From NCBI GenBank assembly GCA_963743305.1, contig CAVUPH010000006.1, positions 96,001 to 160,000 on the forward strand: 64,000 nt of DNA, written 5' to 3'. The stretch comes from an uncultured delta proteobacterium. Lineage in GTDB: Bacteria; Desulfobacterota; RBG-13-43-22. Under the pieces are notes generated by a model. The model made no database searches. It saw nothing but the letters and a program-made list of their open reading frames with translations, and had not been told where the DNA came from. Every line of letters begins with the position of its first letter. The first letter of the stretch is position 1. A program made the translations under genes and the position numbers. Shown here piece by piece: positions 8,971-18,716 of this stretch.

Positions 8971-10134
8971 TCATGCTGGGAACTCACTCGGTTTCAGTTG
9001 AAGCAGGAACTCCTCGCAGGGCACACACAGGATACCGTCACGCAAAAGTCGCTCCCTCCCACGATACAGCAGCCAGCGACGGCTTTCCGGAAAGTCTTCG
9101 CTGAAGTTTTTAAGTCCGCGCAGATCCTCCGGCCGCACCTGGGCGGAGTTTTTCACTTCCAGCGCGTGCAAGCCGCCCTCTCCATAGACCACAAAATCCA
9201 CCTCCACTTTCGACCGTGTTTGCCAGTAATGCAATTGGTGATTACCACCCGAATAGTCACACCACGCCCGAAGATGTTGAGCAACGAGACTCTCCAGCGC
9301 AGCGCCCTCGATCTCCGAAGGAGCATCCAGGGGACCGGACGGCCGGTTGGCGCGGAAGACGCCGGCATCAAAAAAGAAAAACTTTGGATGTGTCGCCAGT
9401 TCGCGCTGCGCCCGCCGGGTGAAAACCGGCACTCGAAAAGCCAGTAAAAGATCCTCCAATATTTCCAGATAGCCCTCCACCGTCTTGCGGTTTACGTGGC
9501 ACTCCCGGGCAACATTGGCCAGGTTGAGAACGGCCGCCTGCGAAAAGCTGATGGCTTCGAGGAAGCGGGAAAAGTTTCCGATATTGCGCACCAACCCTTC
9601 CATCTGCACTTCTTCCCGCAAATAGAGGCCGTTGTAAGCGCGCAGGATTTCCTCGGGCACCTTGCCCGCCCGCACGATGGGCAGCATGCCGAGGCGCAAT
9701 GCCTCCTCCAGGTTGAATTGTGGGCCGAGTTCGGCGGCCATGAAGGGATACAACGATTTTTGTATCGCCCGTCCGCCTAAAAGATTCACACCGCCGCGCC
9801 GAAGCTTGCGGGCGCTTGAGCCAGTGAATATAAACTGCACCCCCTGCTTATCCTCGATCAGCAGATGGACGACTTCCAGCAACTCCGGCAGCTTTTGTAC
9901 TTCGTCGATGACCACCTGCAGGACTCCAGGCCTGGCCCCTATCAACTCCCGCAGACGCTCGGGTCGCGCAGATAGCGAACGTAAGGTTTCCGGCTCCAGC
10001 AGATCTACCCGAAGCGCCTGTGGAAAAAGCCTCTGGGTCAACCAGGTCTTGCCCGTGCCGCGCGGACCCAGCAGGAAGAAGTGATCAGCAGGAGGTATGA
10101 AATATCGTGGTATTGATTCCATTTTGCGTCCCAT
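8971..10134 (-). CDS. AAA_14 ATPase with DUF4143 (PD-(D/E)xK) domain
   Basis: GPRGTGKT, IDEVQK, TGSS, PKFFFFDAG, EVDFV..LEVK. Confidence 0.92.
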   Translation of the reverse strand: MGRKMESIPRYFIPPADHFFLLGPRGTGKTWLTQRLFPQALRVDLLEPETLRSLSARPERLRELIGARPGVLQVVIDEVQKLPELLEVVHLLIEDKQGVQFIFTGSSARKLRRGGVNLLGGRAIQKSLYPFMAAELGPQFNLEEALRLGMLPIVRAGKVPEEILRAYNGLYLREEVQMEGLVRNIGNFSRFLEAISFSQAAVLNLANVARECHVNRKTVEGYLEILEDLLLAFRVPVFTRRAQRELATHPKFFFFDAGVFRANRPSGPLDAPSEIEGAALESLVAQHLRAWCDYSGGNHQLHYWQTRSKVEVDFVVYGEGGLHALEVKNSAQVRPEDLRGLKNFSEDFPESRRWLLYRGRERLLRDGILCVPCEEFLLQLKPSEFPA

Positions 10135-10243
10135 AATAGAATAAACGATGCTATTTTATAAGCTATATTTCCAAAGTTGACAATTAAAAATAGGGACGGC
10201 CATAAAATTTTATCCTTCGATCTCGTAGAAAGCGCGTCCCGCC

Positions 10244-10552
10244 TTACTGGACATCAATGACTCCTACCCATCTGGTTATTTCCCGGGGTCCCATATGGAC
10301 CTGAACGGACCCGCCGACCGCCTTGGCCAGACGCACCATGGTTTCAACCGTAAAATTAATATCACCCCGGAGGACTTTGGTTATATACGCCGGGGAAGCT
10401 CCCAACCGTTTGGCCAATTCCACACTGGAGATCTTATTCTCCTGCATCAGGCCGTATAATCCTTCGGTAAAATCCAGTATGATTTTAGCGGATAGAAAAG
10501 TGTCTCTTTGTCTGGCTTTATCGAAAAGATCCTGAAAAGATTTTCTCTTCAT
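10244..10552 (-). CDS. XRE/HTH antitoxin (HigA-like)
   Basis: ELAKRLGASPAYITKVLRGDINFTVETMVRLA; directly downstream of a RelE-like toxin. Confidence 0.85.
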   Translation of the reverse strand: MKRKSFQDLFDKARQRDTFLSAKIILDFTEGLYGLMQENKISSVELAKRLGASPAYITKVLRGDINFTVETMVRLAKAVGGSVQVHMGPREITRWVGVIDVQ

Positions 10553-10556
10553 GGCA

Positions 10557-10769
10557 TCACCTTCTTTTTTTTTCAATGATCATCAATGGTCTCTTGGCTT
10601 TGGTCTCCAGGTAGCTTTTGCGTAACCGTTCCGCCCGGGAAATTTCCCGGTCAGGCGTTTCTCGGCTTCTCTTAAGAAAGCCGTGGGTACAGAGGATTAC
10701 TTTCCCCTCTTCATAGAACCACAAAACCCTCAATTGCCCTTGAATAAACTCAAAGGAAATAAGGAACAA
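10557..10769 (-). pseudogene. RelE/ParE (Gp49-like) toxin, 5'-truncated
   Basis: FEF..GQLRVLWFY..ILCTHGFLKRSRETPDREISRAE; the N-terminal half is replaced by the IS110 fragment. Confidence 0.75.
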
Positions 10770-10783
10770 TTCGGAACCACCTC

Positions 10784-11296
10784 TTAGCGCAGTATTTCCC
10801 CGAATTGGATCGTTTCAGTGGGCGACCGGAAGTCGAGCCGATTGTCCGCTGGTGCCTGGATACTTACGAACTGGCCGGTTTGGAGTTCGCTCAATTCGTC
10901 CAGCGGGTAGTGCCCGGACGCCAGACCCTGGCTCAGCATCAGCGTTTGCAGACCATCCAGCAACTGGCCATCGGCTCCATCGGTTGCCAGATGGGGGAAG
11001 GTGCCCACTTTGAGGCCCGGGTGATGGTGGACGGACTGCGGCAACTTCGGGAGACCATTAAGACGACCGACGAACGGATCCGGGGGACTTGCCGGCAGTT
11101 TCCGGAGTATGGGTATCTGCTCACCATCCCCGGCTTTGGACCGGACGTTTCGGCCAAGGTGATCGGCGCGATCGGCAATCCCTTCCGCTTTCAAAACCGG
11201 AAGCAGGTGCTCAAGATGGCCGGATTGGATCTGGGCGCCGACCGGAGCGGAAAAACCTCGGAGGCGGCCACCCCGGTTATTTCCAAAACTGGATAA
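10784..11296 (+). mobile_element. IS110-family transposase internal fragment
   Basis: LAQYFPELD...LLTIPGFGP..VIGAIGNPFRF...LKMAGLDL..RSGK...ISK; both ends are missing. Confidence 0.85.
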
Positions 11297-11578
11297 GGGA
11301 TGCTGGGTGCCCGTCTCGGGCGGGATGCCGGATACTGATTTAGTTTACCCTGAGCCCGTCGAAGGGCTGGGGTTTAAAGTTCGCGGTGGGCAGCATGTCC
11401 AGCCGCAGGCAGGATGGGCACTGGGGAAACCAAATGAATCCCGTCTGTCCGTCAGGCGTCTAGGGAAGGTGCGCTCAAAAAATGGTCCAATTCCTATCCC
11501 ATCAAAATCGTTGTCTTTCTCAAAATGAATTATTTCCTCTTGACAGGATGACTATAGGATGTCCCCTATCATAAAATT

Positions 11579-11725
11579 CTATCCTTTGGGGTGGTGGCTT
11601 ATTCGAATACGCCCCGGTTGCACAACAACAAAGCAACCGATTAGACGCTCGCCCTGTTCTTTGACCAATTGCACCAGATCCCTGGAAACTTGCTTTCGGG
11701 CTGATGTGGGAAACCTTAATAGCAC
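11579..11725 (-). pseudogene. C-terminal remnant of a DUF5615/PIN-like toxin
   Basis: VLLRFPTSARKQVSRDLVQLVKEQGERLIGCFVVVQPGRIRISHHPKG* directly after DUF433; no N-terminal PIN motif. Confidence 0.6.
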
Positions 11726-11728
11726 GAA

Positions 11729-11980
11729 TTATCCCCGGGCTATTCGTCGGGGCTTTTCCATGAATATTATTTCTTCATGGGCCAACGTATCGGCGGCATA
11801 ACGAATGGCGGTTTGAATATCCCCTGGCTTTAGCTTTGGGTAGGCCTCTAAGAGTTCCGCTTCCTTGGCCCCTTCACTTAGCTTTCGGAGGATAAGTTCC
11901 AGGGTGATCCGGGTTCCACGGATGACCGGTTTGCCCATCATAATTCTTGGATTGATTTCAATTCGGTCCGTAATGGTCAT
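11729..11980 (-). CDS. DUF433 antitoxin (VapB45-like)
   Basis: RIEINPRIMMGKPVIRGTRITLELIL...YPKL..DIQTAIRYAA; AGGAGG RBS. Confidence 0.9.
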   Translation of the reverse strand: MTITDRIEINPRIMMGKPVIRGTRITLELILRKLSEGAKEAELLEAYPKLKPGDIQTAIRYAADTLAHEEIIFMEKPRRIARG

Positions 11981-12093
11981 GCCAAACCTCCTGCTGTCCT
12001 TATCTCGGTATTGCCGGAAACGGGCTTTCCCAAATCTTTTTTCGGATTCTTCTTGAGGATATAAGGCTGAGAGTAGTTTGACAAGGCAAAAAT

Positions 12094-12617
12094 TCAATGG
12101 CTGAAACCGGCAGGCTCCAGGTCCTCGGCCAGCAGCGCCCTCTCCAAGGCGATAACCTGTGGGAGTCCTCGGTCCAGGTAGTCTTTTCGGGAGATGTGGG
12201 GAAACACCACCATCCGGCCCACCGGGATTTTCAACTGCCCTCCATGGGGTCCGGTGCTCTGGTGGAATTCCTGATGCTTCCGAAGCTGGTCCATGAGTTC
12301 GTTTGCGTACCCCTTGGCCTGCCGGTCCGGGTTGGTCCGGTTTCTTCCTTGTCGCCTGTCCAGAATTTAAACGTGTGGGGAGTGATTTCACCGATCTGGT
12401 CGATCTCCCAGTCTTTGACTTCCAGTACCAGGAGCCCAAGGGAGGCGCCATATAGAATGAAGTCCGGCTCCGCGCCAGAGCTGCCTATGGTGGGCTCGTA
12501 CAAGGCGATGAAGTCCCTTTCCGGACGGGCCGCGTCATGGAGGAACCGAAAGACCTTCTTTTCGCCGGCCGTTGGTTTTTCCAGGACTTCGATGTCTTCG
12601 GGTTGCATCCGAGCCAT
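12094..12617 (-). pseudogene. NERD nuclease domain (probably the N-terminus of a NERD-helicase), frameshifted and truncated
   Basis: TAGEKKVFRFL..EPDFIL..LVLEVKDW; a -1 shift near 12340 restores RTNPDRQAKGY; ends early. Confidence 0.8.
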
Positions 12618-12836
12618 AGAATATCAATTCAATCGGTTGCAGAATGCCAGGTGACAGCGTCGTCGAGCTCCTGTTGGGCGAATACAAAAGCCGGGGGGCG
12701 CAGATCCGCTGCGACTATTCTCCAAATCTGCGGCAGACCTGATCCCTGAAGTCTGAAGACAACCATAATCCAACGGCCATCAGCTTTTCCAGACTTTCGC
12801 GAATCGAGGGGATTAACTTTCGCCTCTTGGCCAAGA

Positions 12837-13037
12837 CTAACACTCAACCCGTTTCAGCCAATCGGTGGAAGGCAATCCCTGAGCCGCAAAATCTCTTTTC
12901 CCTTGAGCCAAAATTTCATGGCACACCTCTTCCGGGACGATAACTTCCGTAAATAGGGCCGGGAGCAGATTGGCTAACCCGCTTTGAAAAAGGCAGATAA
13001 GGGGGGAGGCATTGACCACGACCCGGTTAATGGGCAT
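12837..13037 (-). pseudogene. DUF3368 PIN-domain toxin, N-terminal third only
   Basis: VVVNASPLICL...LLPALFTEVIVPEEVCHEI. Confidence 0.75.
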
Positions 13038-13084
13038 CTCTAAGCTCTTTTTCTATCTCATCGGCCGTGTACTGAAAAGGTCAT
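13027..13084 (-). pseudogene. UPF0175 antitoxin with internal deletion (RBS+ATG joined to its last 17 codons)
   Basis: GAGGAGG..ATG followed out of frame by PFQYTADEIEKELRDAH*, overlapping the DUF3368 ATG. Confidence 0.6.
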
Positions 13085-13176
13085 AAATCGCCTCCTCATA
13101 CTTGAATATTTTGATTATACCAGAAAGCCGAGAGTATTTCTGGGTAATTATACCCCGGGGGCAACCGGTCAGGCCA

Positions 13177-14142
13177 TTATTCCGCCCGGGCGGCGCGCAC
13201 CACCGCCGAGGTGGTCACCCCGAGGAACCGGGCCACGGCCGTCGCCGGAAACCCCAACTCGCCCACTGAGGCCCGACAAAACCCTCTTCGGGCTTCCGAG
13301 ACCTTCCGCATCCGGCTCCCGGAGCGGAGCTCCGTTTCGGTGATTCCCCGGTCCGCGGCGATTTCCCGGGCCAGGATTTCCAAATCTACGCCCGGACCTT
13401 TTCTTCTCAGAGTTTCCTTTTCCATCTCCGCGGACTCCGACCAGATCTGCTCTACAAAGTCCCCATCGCCCAGAACGCGATCATCGGCAGCCATCCGCAG
13501 GCCTTTCCTCCGCAGCGAAAGCACCTGGGACCAGCCCCCCAGGCTACGGATCAACCCGCCGCCGACCAGCTCCGGCCGCCGGCCTTGGTCCACTCCTTCG
13601 GCCACAAAAGCCTCATACCGCCGAACCGCCTCCTTGGACCTTCCGGCAAAATAGGCCAGGATCGTGCCGGTATTCTGCCAGTCCCGCTCCACCTGGCCCG
13701 TCAGTGCCGAGTGGCCGGACCAGGGAAATCGGCCCAAGGCCTCCAGGTCCGGGACCAGCCCGGCCCGGAGGGGATTCAAATGGATATAGCGGGTCAGTTC
13801 CAGCAGATAGAGGTCCTCCTGGCAGACGATCGACTTGTAGCGGTTCTGAAAGAGGTGGCCGCGCCGTTTGTGCCGCAGGTTGAAGTTGATGGCGTAGCCG
13901 GTCATCAGGCGCCGCATGCTCCGGGCCAGGGGCTCTTTTTCAGTTCGCACCAGCAGGTGAAAATGGTTGGGCATCAATGCCCAGGCGAATACGGACCATC
14001 TACCCGAACGGCACAACTCCGCCATCCGGTCGATGAAGTCCTCCCGGTCTCCTTTGGTCCTAAATATCTTACTGGTCTCGATCCCCCGGCCCATGACGTG
14101 ATGCAGGGTCCCGGGGGCATCCAGCCGCGGTTGCCTGGGCCT
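13177..14142 (-). mobile_element. REP-associated tyrosine (HUH/Y1) transposase, RAYT-like, with C-terminal HTH
   Basis: (R)PRQPRLDAPGTLHHVMGRG, LMPNHFHLL (HUH), GHLFQNRYKS, RYIHLNP, PWSGH. The expected ATG reads AGG at 14140-14142. Confidence 0.88.
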
Positions 14143-14179
14143 GTTTCTCTCGATAGCGCTTTTAGAAACTCTTGTCAGG

Positions 14180-14544
14180 TTATTCAGAAACTACGTTATT
14201 CTCTGCCCTTGGAATAATAAATATTTTTTGGCCTTTCGCGTCCATCTTTGCAAGATTCTTCAACCGGCGTTTGTGGTCCCGTTTCTTCTGTTTTCGCTTG
14301 TTGTTTGTACATAGGAGAGGTGACGCGCCCGATAGGTTTTCCAGTAGGAGGGGTGGTGCTACAGCCAATGCTTTTGGGCATTCCGATGGTCGGCCCAGTA
14401 GTCCGGATCTCGGCGCATCTTTTCCCGTTGCCAGAGGGCCTTCTTGGCTCGTTGGCATTCAGGGCGGCTACAGTACTCCTGGTTCTTGACCCGGGGGTCT
14501 GGAAGAAAAATGGCGTGGCAATGCCGACATCGTTTCCGGTCCAT
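14180..14544 (-). pseudogene. Degraded zinc-finger basic protein of a kind seen on mobile elements
   Basis: CRHC..PDPRVKNQEYCSRPECQ..DPDY, then TAG and two frameshifts; pieces SYWKTYRARH and KQKKRDHKRRLKNLAKMDA follow. Confidence 0.6.
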
Positions 14545-14887
14545 GGCTTTCCTCCCGGGGAAACAATAAATCGGACCGGGATTCTCGGAAACGGGAGAAT
14601 ATTAAAAAAATGGGGATAGCCAGGGAAGAAAATAGATCCCTGGCCGGGTTTTACGCCGATGCCCTGGACTACTTCTTAACCGAAAAAAATGGTAGACTTA
14701 CTGAGCGGTGATATCAATCGTTTTTAGAAGACTTGAAAATTCCCTGTAATGCCTTCATGGCCGCCATAAACAGAATGGACAAATAGTCATAATATAATCA
14801 AATCAAAAGGAGAAAGAGATAGGGGGGTCAGCTTTCATGTCTCCAAAACGCTCGCACTCGATTCGAAAGGAGGGCGGTAAACATGGT

Positions 14888-16900
14888 TCAGGGCAGTGCA
14901 GTAATTCCCAGATCGGTAAGATAGTCAAAAGTTGAATCGTAAATCTCGGGTGACCGCGTCGGATCATCCGAGTCACCTGGCGGGACAAAAATCACCATTC
15001 CTTGCCTCGCTCGAGTGAGTAGGACTCGGTATGAGTTCCTGAGGTAACGCTGGTTGTCTGAATTTACGATATTGCACCACCGGTCGCCTCGGAAGTCGTG
15101 GAAGCTCCATCCTGAGTCGGTGAAACGCAGATCCCCATCCCACGTCACACACGCCCAGTCAAGCTCCAAACCCTGCACCTGAAACTCCGTAGCGGCGTCT
15201 TCGAGATAATAGCTCGAACGCGTGTCTCCCTTACCATTAAGAAACCAATGAACTGGATCGACGTTTACGCGGATATCTATCGCATGAGGTTTAAGTCGCT
15301 GGGCTTTCGATGAGGCCACCAATCCAAATCGCTCTGTTCCTCTAGCACGATTGCGAATCCACTGCTTTGCTAGTTTCAAGTTGCGGGTAACGGCGACCGG
15401 ATACCGGTCGGCAAACCCGTCAAAAGCCTCTCGTGCATGGTATTTGTCACAATCAAGGAGTGCTTTGACAAAGGCTGAAACGTTCTCAGCCCGGAACGAT
15501 CTCATGGAGACGGCCAGATGCAGGCAATCGTCGAAGGTAGTATTCTGTCGTTCGCGCACGGCTTCCAGAGCCTTACCTGCAGCATATTCACTGTCGATGA
15601 GACGCGATGAAATGTACATGTGCCAGTGCGGAAATCTCGATTCCACAGCATCAAGCCAAGCATCAATTCCGGCTTCTCCCGTATTGATCTCCTGCCCGCC
15701 ACCGACTAGGCAAACAATCACAGCCCAATCCCTATGGCGATCCATGTATGAAATCAAAAACTCAGGCTCTGATTGAGAGAACCCGAAACGATTCTTTTTC
15801 CGACGCATGAAACTCGCAGTCTGCCGCAAGTTCCACGCACGTTGCGCCTCGTCAAAAATGACGACATGATCAATTGGCGGGCCGGGATGGATTAACGCTT
15901 CATCCCGGAAATGGTGAATATTCTGGATGAATGCTTTGACACTTTCGGCAACTTTCCCCTTCCGCATGTTCTCGCCTTCATTTTTTCTACGGGTGACCTC
16001 GTCACGCGTAAGGGCTTCGCGGAGCACGGCGACGAGCGGACCGTTTCCGGAAAGAAAGACGGCATGCGTTGGTTGATCTTTTTCTCGTCGCCGAGTGGCG
16101 AGGTTCAACCCAACGAGTGTCTTGCCCGCTCCGGGCACTCCTGTGACAAAGCAGATAAGTTTAGACCCTTTTCCCTTTGCTTCATCGACCATTTCTTCAA
16201 TCCGCCGTGAAGTAATTCGGAGATTCTGTGCTCCGGCATCGTGACGTGCAATGGCCTCGACCGAATGCTGAGAATAAAGAGCCCGTGCGGCTTCCACGAT
16301 GGTGGGGGTAGGATGATATGGAGCGCGCGACCATCGTTGCTCATCAAGCACCTCGCCTATTACGGTTCGTAGAACCAAGTCGATCGCTTCGCGTACCCCG
16401 GTGGGGTGCAAATGAATTGGACGATAAACCTGGTCTTCGTCGACGATTAGTTTTAACGGTTCCGATGCCGTGGCTCCAGTGGCGATCAGAACTGGAACGA
16501 TCGAAACAGAATGACTGGCTTCGTGGAAATTTTTCAGGTCCAAAGCATAATCCCAAACTTGTTCCACTGCTGAGCGCTCAAAAATGCTTTCGCCGACTTT
16601 GAACTCGATCACAAACACCACAGAGCCGATCAATAGCACCGCATCAACCCTTCGACCCATACGAGGGATGTTGAACTCCATAAACAACGAACCAGTTAAA
16701 CCAACAAGGCAGTCTTGCAGCACGCGAATCTGTTCCAGCCAAGCATCCTTCTGTGTTGGAATGAGCGCGAAGTCAGTGTTTCTTGCAAGCCGTCCGATAA
16801 CTTTATCGGGATCAGTTAGCAGGAATTCAGCAATGAAGTCCCAATACCAGGCTCGGGAAGATGGCCCTGAGGCGCAAGCTGTTGCAGGCAGTGTTTCCAT
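14888..16900 (-). CDS. DUF2075 (Schlafen group 3-like) P-loop helicase with N-terminal nuclease-like domain
   Basis: EFNIPRMGRRVDAVL..VIEFK; GVPGAGKT; IFDEAQRAW; QGLELD; YRVLLTRARQG. Start at METLP is a judgement; the ORF track extends to 17077. Confidence 0.9.
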   Translation of the reverse strand: METLPATACASGPSSRAWYWDFIAEFLLTDPDKVIGRLARNTDFALIPTQKDAWLEQIRVLQDCLVGLTGSLFMEFNIPRMGRRVDAVLLIGSVVFVIEFKVGESIFERSAVEQVWDYALDLKNFHEASHSVSIVPVLIATGATASEPLKLIVDEDQVYRPIHLHPTGVREAIDLVLRTVIGEVLDEQRWSRAPYHPTPTIVEAARALYSQHSVEAIARHDAGAQNLRITSRRIEEMVDEAKGKGSKLICFVTGVPGAGKTLVGLNLATRRREKDQPTHAVFLSGNGPLVAVLREALTRDEVTRRKNEGENMRKGKVAESVKAFIQNIHHFRDEALIHPGPPIDHVVIFDEAQRAWNLRQTASFMRRKKNRFGFSQSEPEFLISYMDRHRDWAVIVCLVGGGQEINTGEAGIDAWLDAVESRFPHWHMYISSRLIDSEYAAGKALEAVRERQNTTFDDCLHLAVSMRSFRAENVSAFVKALLDCDKYHAREAFDGFADRYPVAVTRNLKLAKQWIRNRARGTERFGLVASSKAQRLKPHAIDIRVNVDPVHWFLNGKGDTRSSYYLEDAATEFQVQGLELDWACVTWDGDLRFTDSGWSFHDFRGDRWCNIVNSDNQRYLRNSYRVLLTRARQGMVIFVPPGDSDDPTRSPEIYDSTFDYLTDLGITALP

Positions 16901-17308
16901 TAAGGGAGTAATTCCAGTTAGCTTCGTCCACTTGAAGGATAGGTTGTTGCACTCGCCACAAAAAAAATCCTGCGTCTTAATTAGGAGGCAGGGCCTTTTA
17001 GGTTCAATCATCCTCCCTAAGCTTAGGTTAGGTGGAAAAATAAATGGAAAATTAAATGGATAGCCCGGAAATAACACAATTCTCCAGGGCTGTCAATCGT
17101 TGAAACCAACAGGCATTGGCTAAATTCTACAAATTGGGCATTTCCTCAGCATACAAGAGGTTTCATTGGCAGCCTTACCCTTTCAGTCTAGTAATATAGA
17201 AGTTTTCCGGTGACACCGGGGTGCCATGGGCCGGTTGGAATCCAAAAACCTTCTCCGGATTTCCGAGTCCCTCTTCCCCAGTATTTTTCCTGTTTGGTGG
17301 CGGTTGTT

Positions 17309-17434
17309 TTACTCCCTGTTCCTCCGTCGGTTCGAAAAACTCCCCATCCGGGAGGACCGTTGGCCTTCCTCCTCATTCTTGGGCCGGCCAAACACCGACA
17401 GGTGGACCACCTGGCCGTCCAGGGCCAGGGCAAA
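17309..17434 (-). pseudogene. C-terminal remnant resembling ARPP-1/DUF6569 proteins
   Basis: FALALDGQVVHLSVFGRPKNEEEGQRSSRMGSFSNRRRNRE* with no start codon. Confidence 0.5.
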
Positions 17435-17463
17435 CGATAAAAATTTTTTGGGAAAAAATTTTA

Positions 17464-17600
17464 TGAGAGGATGGAATGCTCCCAGCCTATGGTGCTGATC
17501 AAAAGCAGGTTGTTTTCAGGGATAGATCCCTCTCTGCCCTCCTTCGGTCCTGACGGTTAGCTCCGCCTAATATAACAAAGTGGCGGACCTGCCGGACTCA
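17464..17600 (-). ncRNA. Structured leader resembling the radC RNA motif
   Basis: GUCCGGCAGGUCCGCC...GGCGGAGCUAACCGUCAGGAC, then a second stem GAGAGGGA...UCCUCUC. Confidence 0.4.
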
Positions 17601-17667
17601 GAAAATTTTCTAGGTTTCGCCAAAATGTGTTGACTGTCCGGCTCCCTGGAGCTGTATGGGGAGCCCT

Positions 17668-17835
17668 TAGGATCTGTAAACAAATAACCTTGACAAAGCG
17701 ACCCTACACCGTTCGCCCTGAGCTGCGAGCCTGTCGAGCAGTCGAAGGGTGAACGATACGGCCATGCTTCGACAGGCTCAGCATGAACGGAGCTATTCGC
17801 GGCATTGTACAGCTTATTTCTTGACGGGTTCTTAA
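17668..17835. repeat. REP pair (CCGTTCGCCCTGAG..GTCGAAGGG / CTTCGACAGGCTCAGCATGAACGG) inside an imperfect outer inverted repeat
   Basis: Direct reading of the inverted arms. Confidence 0.75.
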
Positions 17836-17861
17836 AGCCCGGATGGATTCAAAGAGGGTGT

Positions 17862-18716
17862 TTAGGCAGATTCGGGGAGACTGGAAATGAACTGTTGCAG
17901 AGCCTCCTGCCAGAAAAGCGGCCGAAAGCCGACGGCTGCGATCAACTGAGAGGTGTCCAATACGGAAAAGGCCGGCCGGATCGCCGGCCGTTTAAATTCC
18001 CGGGCGCTGATGGGCCGGATTTCCAGGTTTGACCCGACCATCCTTAGAATCTCCCGGGCGAACTCATACCAGCTTACTCCCCCATCGGTCCGGTCCGTCA
18101 GATGATAGGTCCCGTATCTCTCGGATTCGGTTAAAACCAGGATCCCTCGGGCGAGGTTCACGGACCAGGTGGGGGACATGATCTGATCCGTCACCACGGA
18201 AATCGGATTTCCCTCCCGGGCCTTCTGCAAGATGGTGCGCACGAAATTGGGACCGTTCTTCCCGTATAAGGAACTGGTGCGGACAATAAAGTATTTTTTT
18301 AGCAACCCGGTCACCAGGCCTTCCCCCTCCCATTTGGTTTGCCCGTAGGCATTGAGGGGTCGCGGGGGATCTTCGGGCCGGTAGGGGACGCCGGATTGTC
18401 CATCGAAAACATAATCCGTGCTGATATGCAGCAAAGGGATATCCAGTTCTTGGCAGGCCAAGGCCAGGTGTCCAACCCCCAGGGCATTGACCCGGCGGGC
18501 CTCTTCCGAATGGGTTTCCGCTCCATCCACGTTGGTATATCCGGCACAGTTGATGACCAGATCAGGAAGGTGACGAGGGATGGTCTTAAAAACGGATTCC
18601 CGGTCGGTGATATCCAGATCCGGGAGAGAACAGGGGACCACTTCATGGCGGGTCCGAAGGATGGGGATCAGGTCAGCGGAGAGTAAACCGGGTACGCCGG
18701 TCACCAGGATCCTCAT
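17862..18716 (-). CDS. rfbD: dTDP-4-dehydrorhamnose reductase
   Basis: HISTDYVFDG, YGQTK, RPAFSVLD. Confidence 0.95.
   Translation of the reverse strand: MRILVTGVPGLLSADLIPILRTRHEVVPCSLPDLDITDRESVFKTIPRHLPDLVINCAGYTNVDGAETHSEEARRVNALGVGHLALACQELDIPLLHISTDYVFDGQSGVPYRPEDPPRPLNAYGQTKWEGEGLVTGLLKKYFIVRTSSLYGKNGPNFVRTILQKAREGNPISVVTDQIMSPTWSVNLARGILVLTESERYGTYHLTDRTDGGVSWYEFAREILRMVGSNLEIRPISAREFKRPAIRPAFSVLDTSQLIAAVGFRPLFWQEALQQFISSLPESA

Noticed and set aside
11729-12451. 240-aa ORF as a single gene
   Set aside because: It is an off-frame read through the NERD remnant joined to DUF433, which has its own RBS and ATG at 11980
14359-14361. Pyrrolysine (UAG) readthrough
   Set aside because: Two further frameshifts follow, indicating ordinary decay
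17535-17630. Second SRP RNA or c-di-GMP-I riboswitch
   Set aside because: GTCAGGACCGAAGG only loosely resembles the SRP S-domain, and the GACGCAAAGC core of GEMM riboswitches is absent
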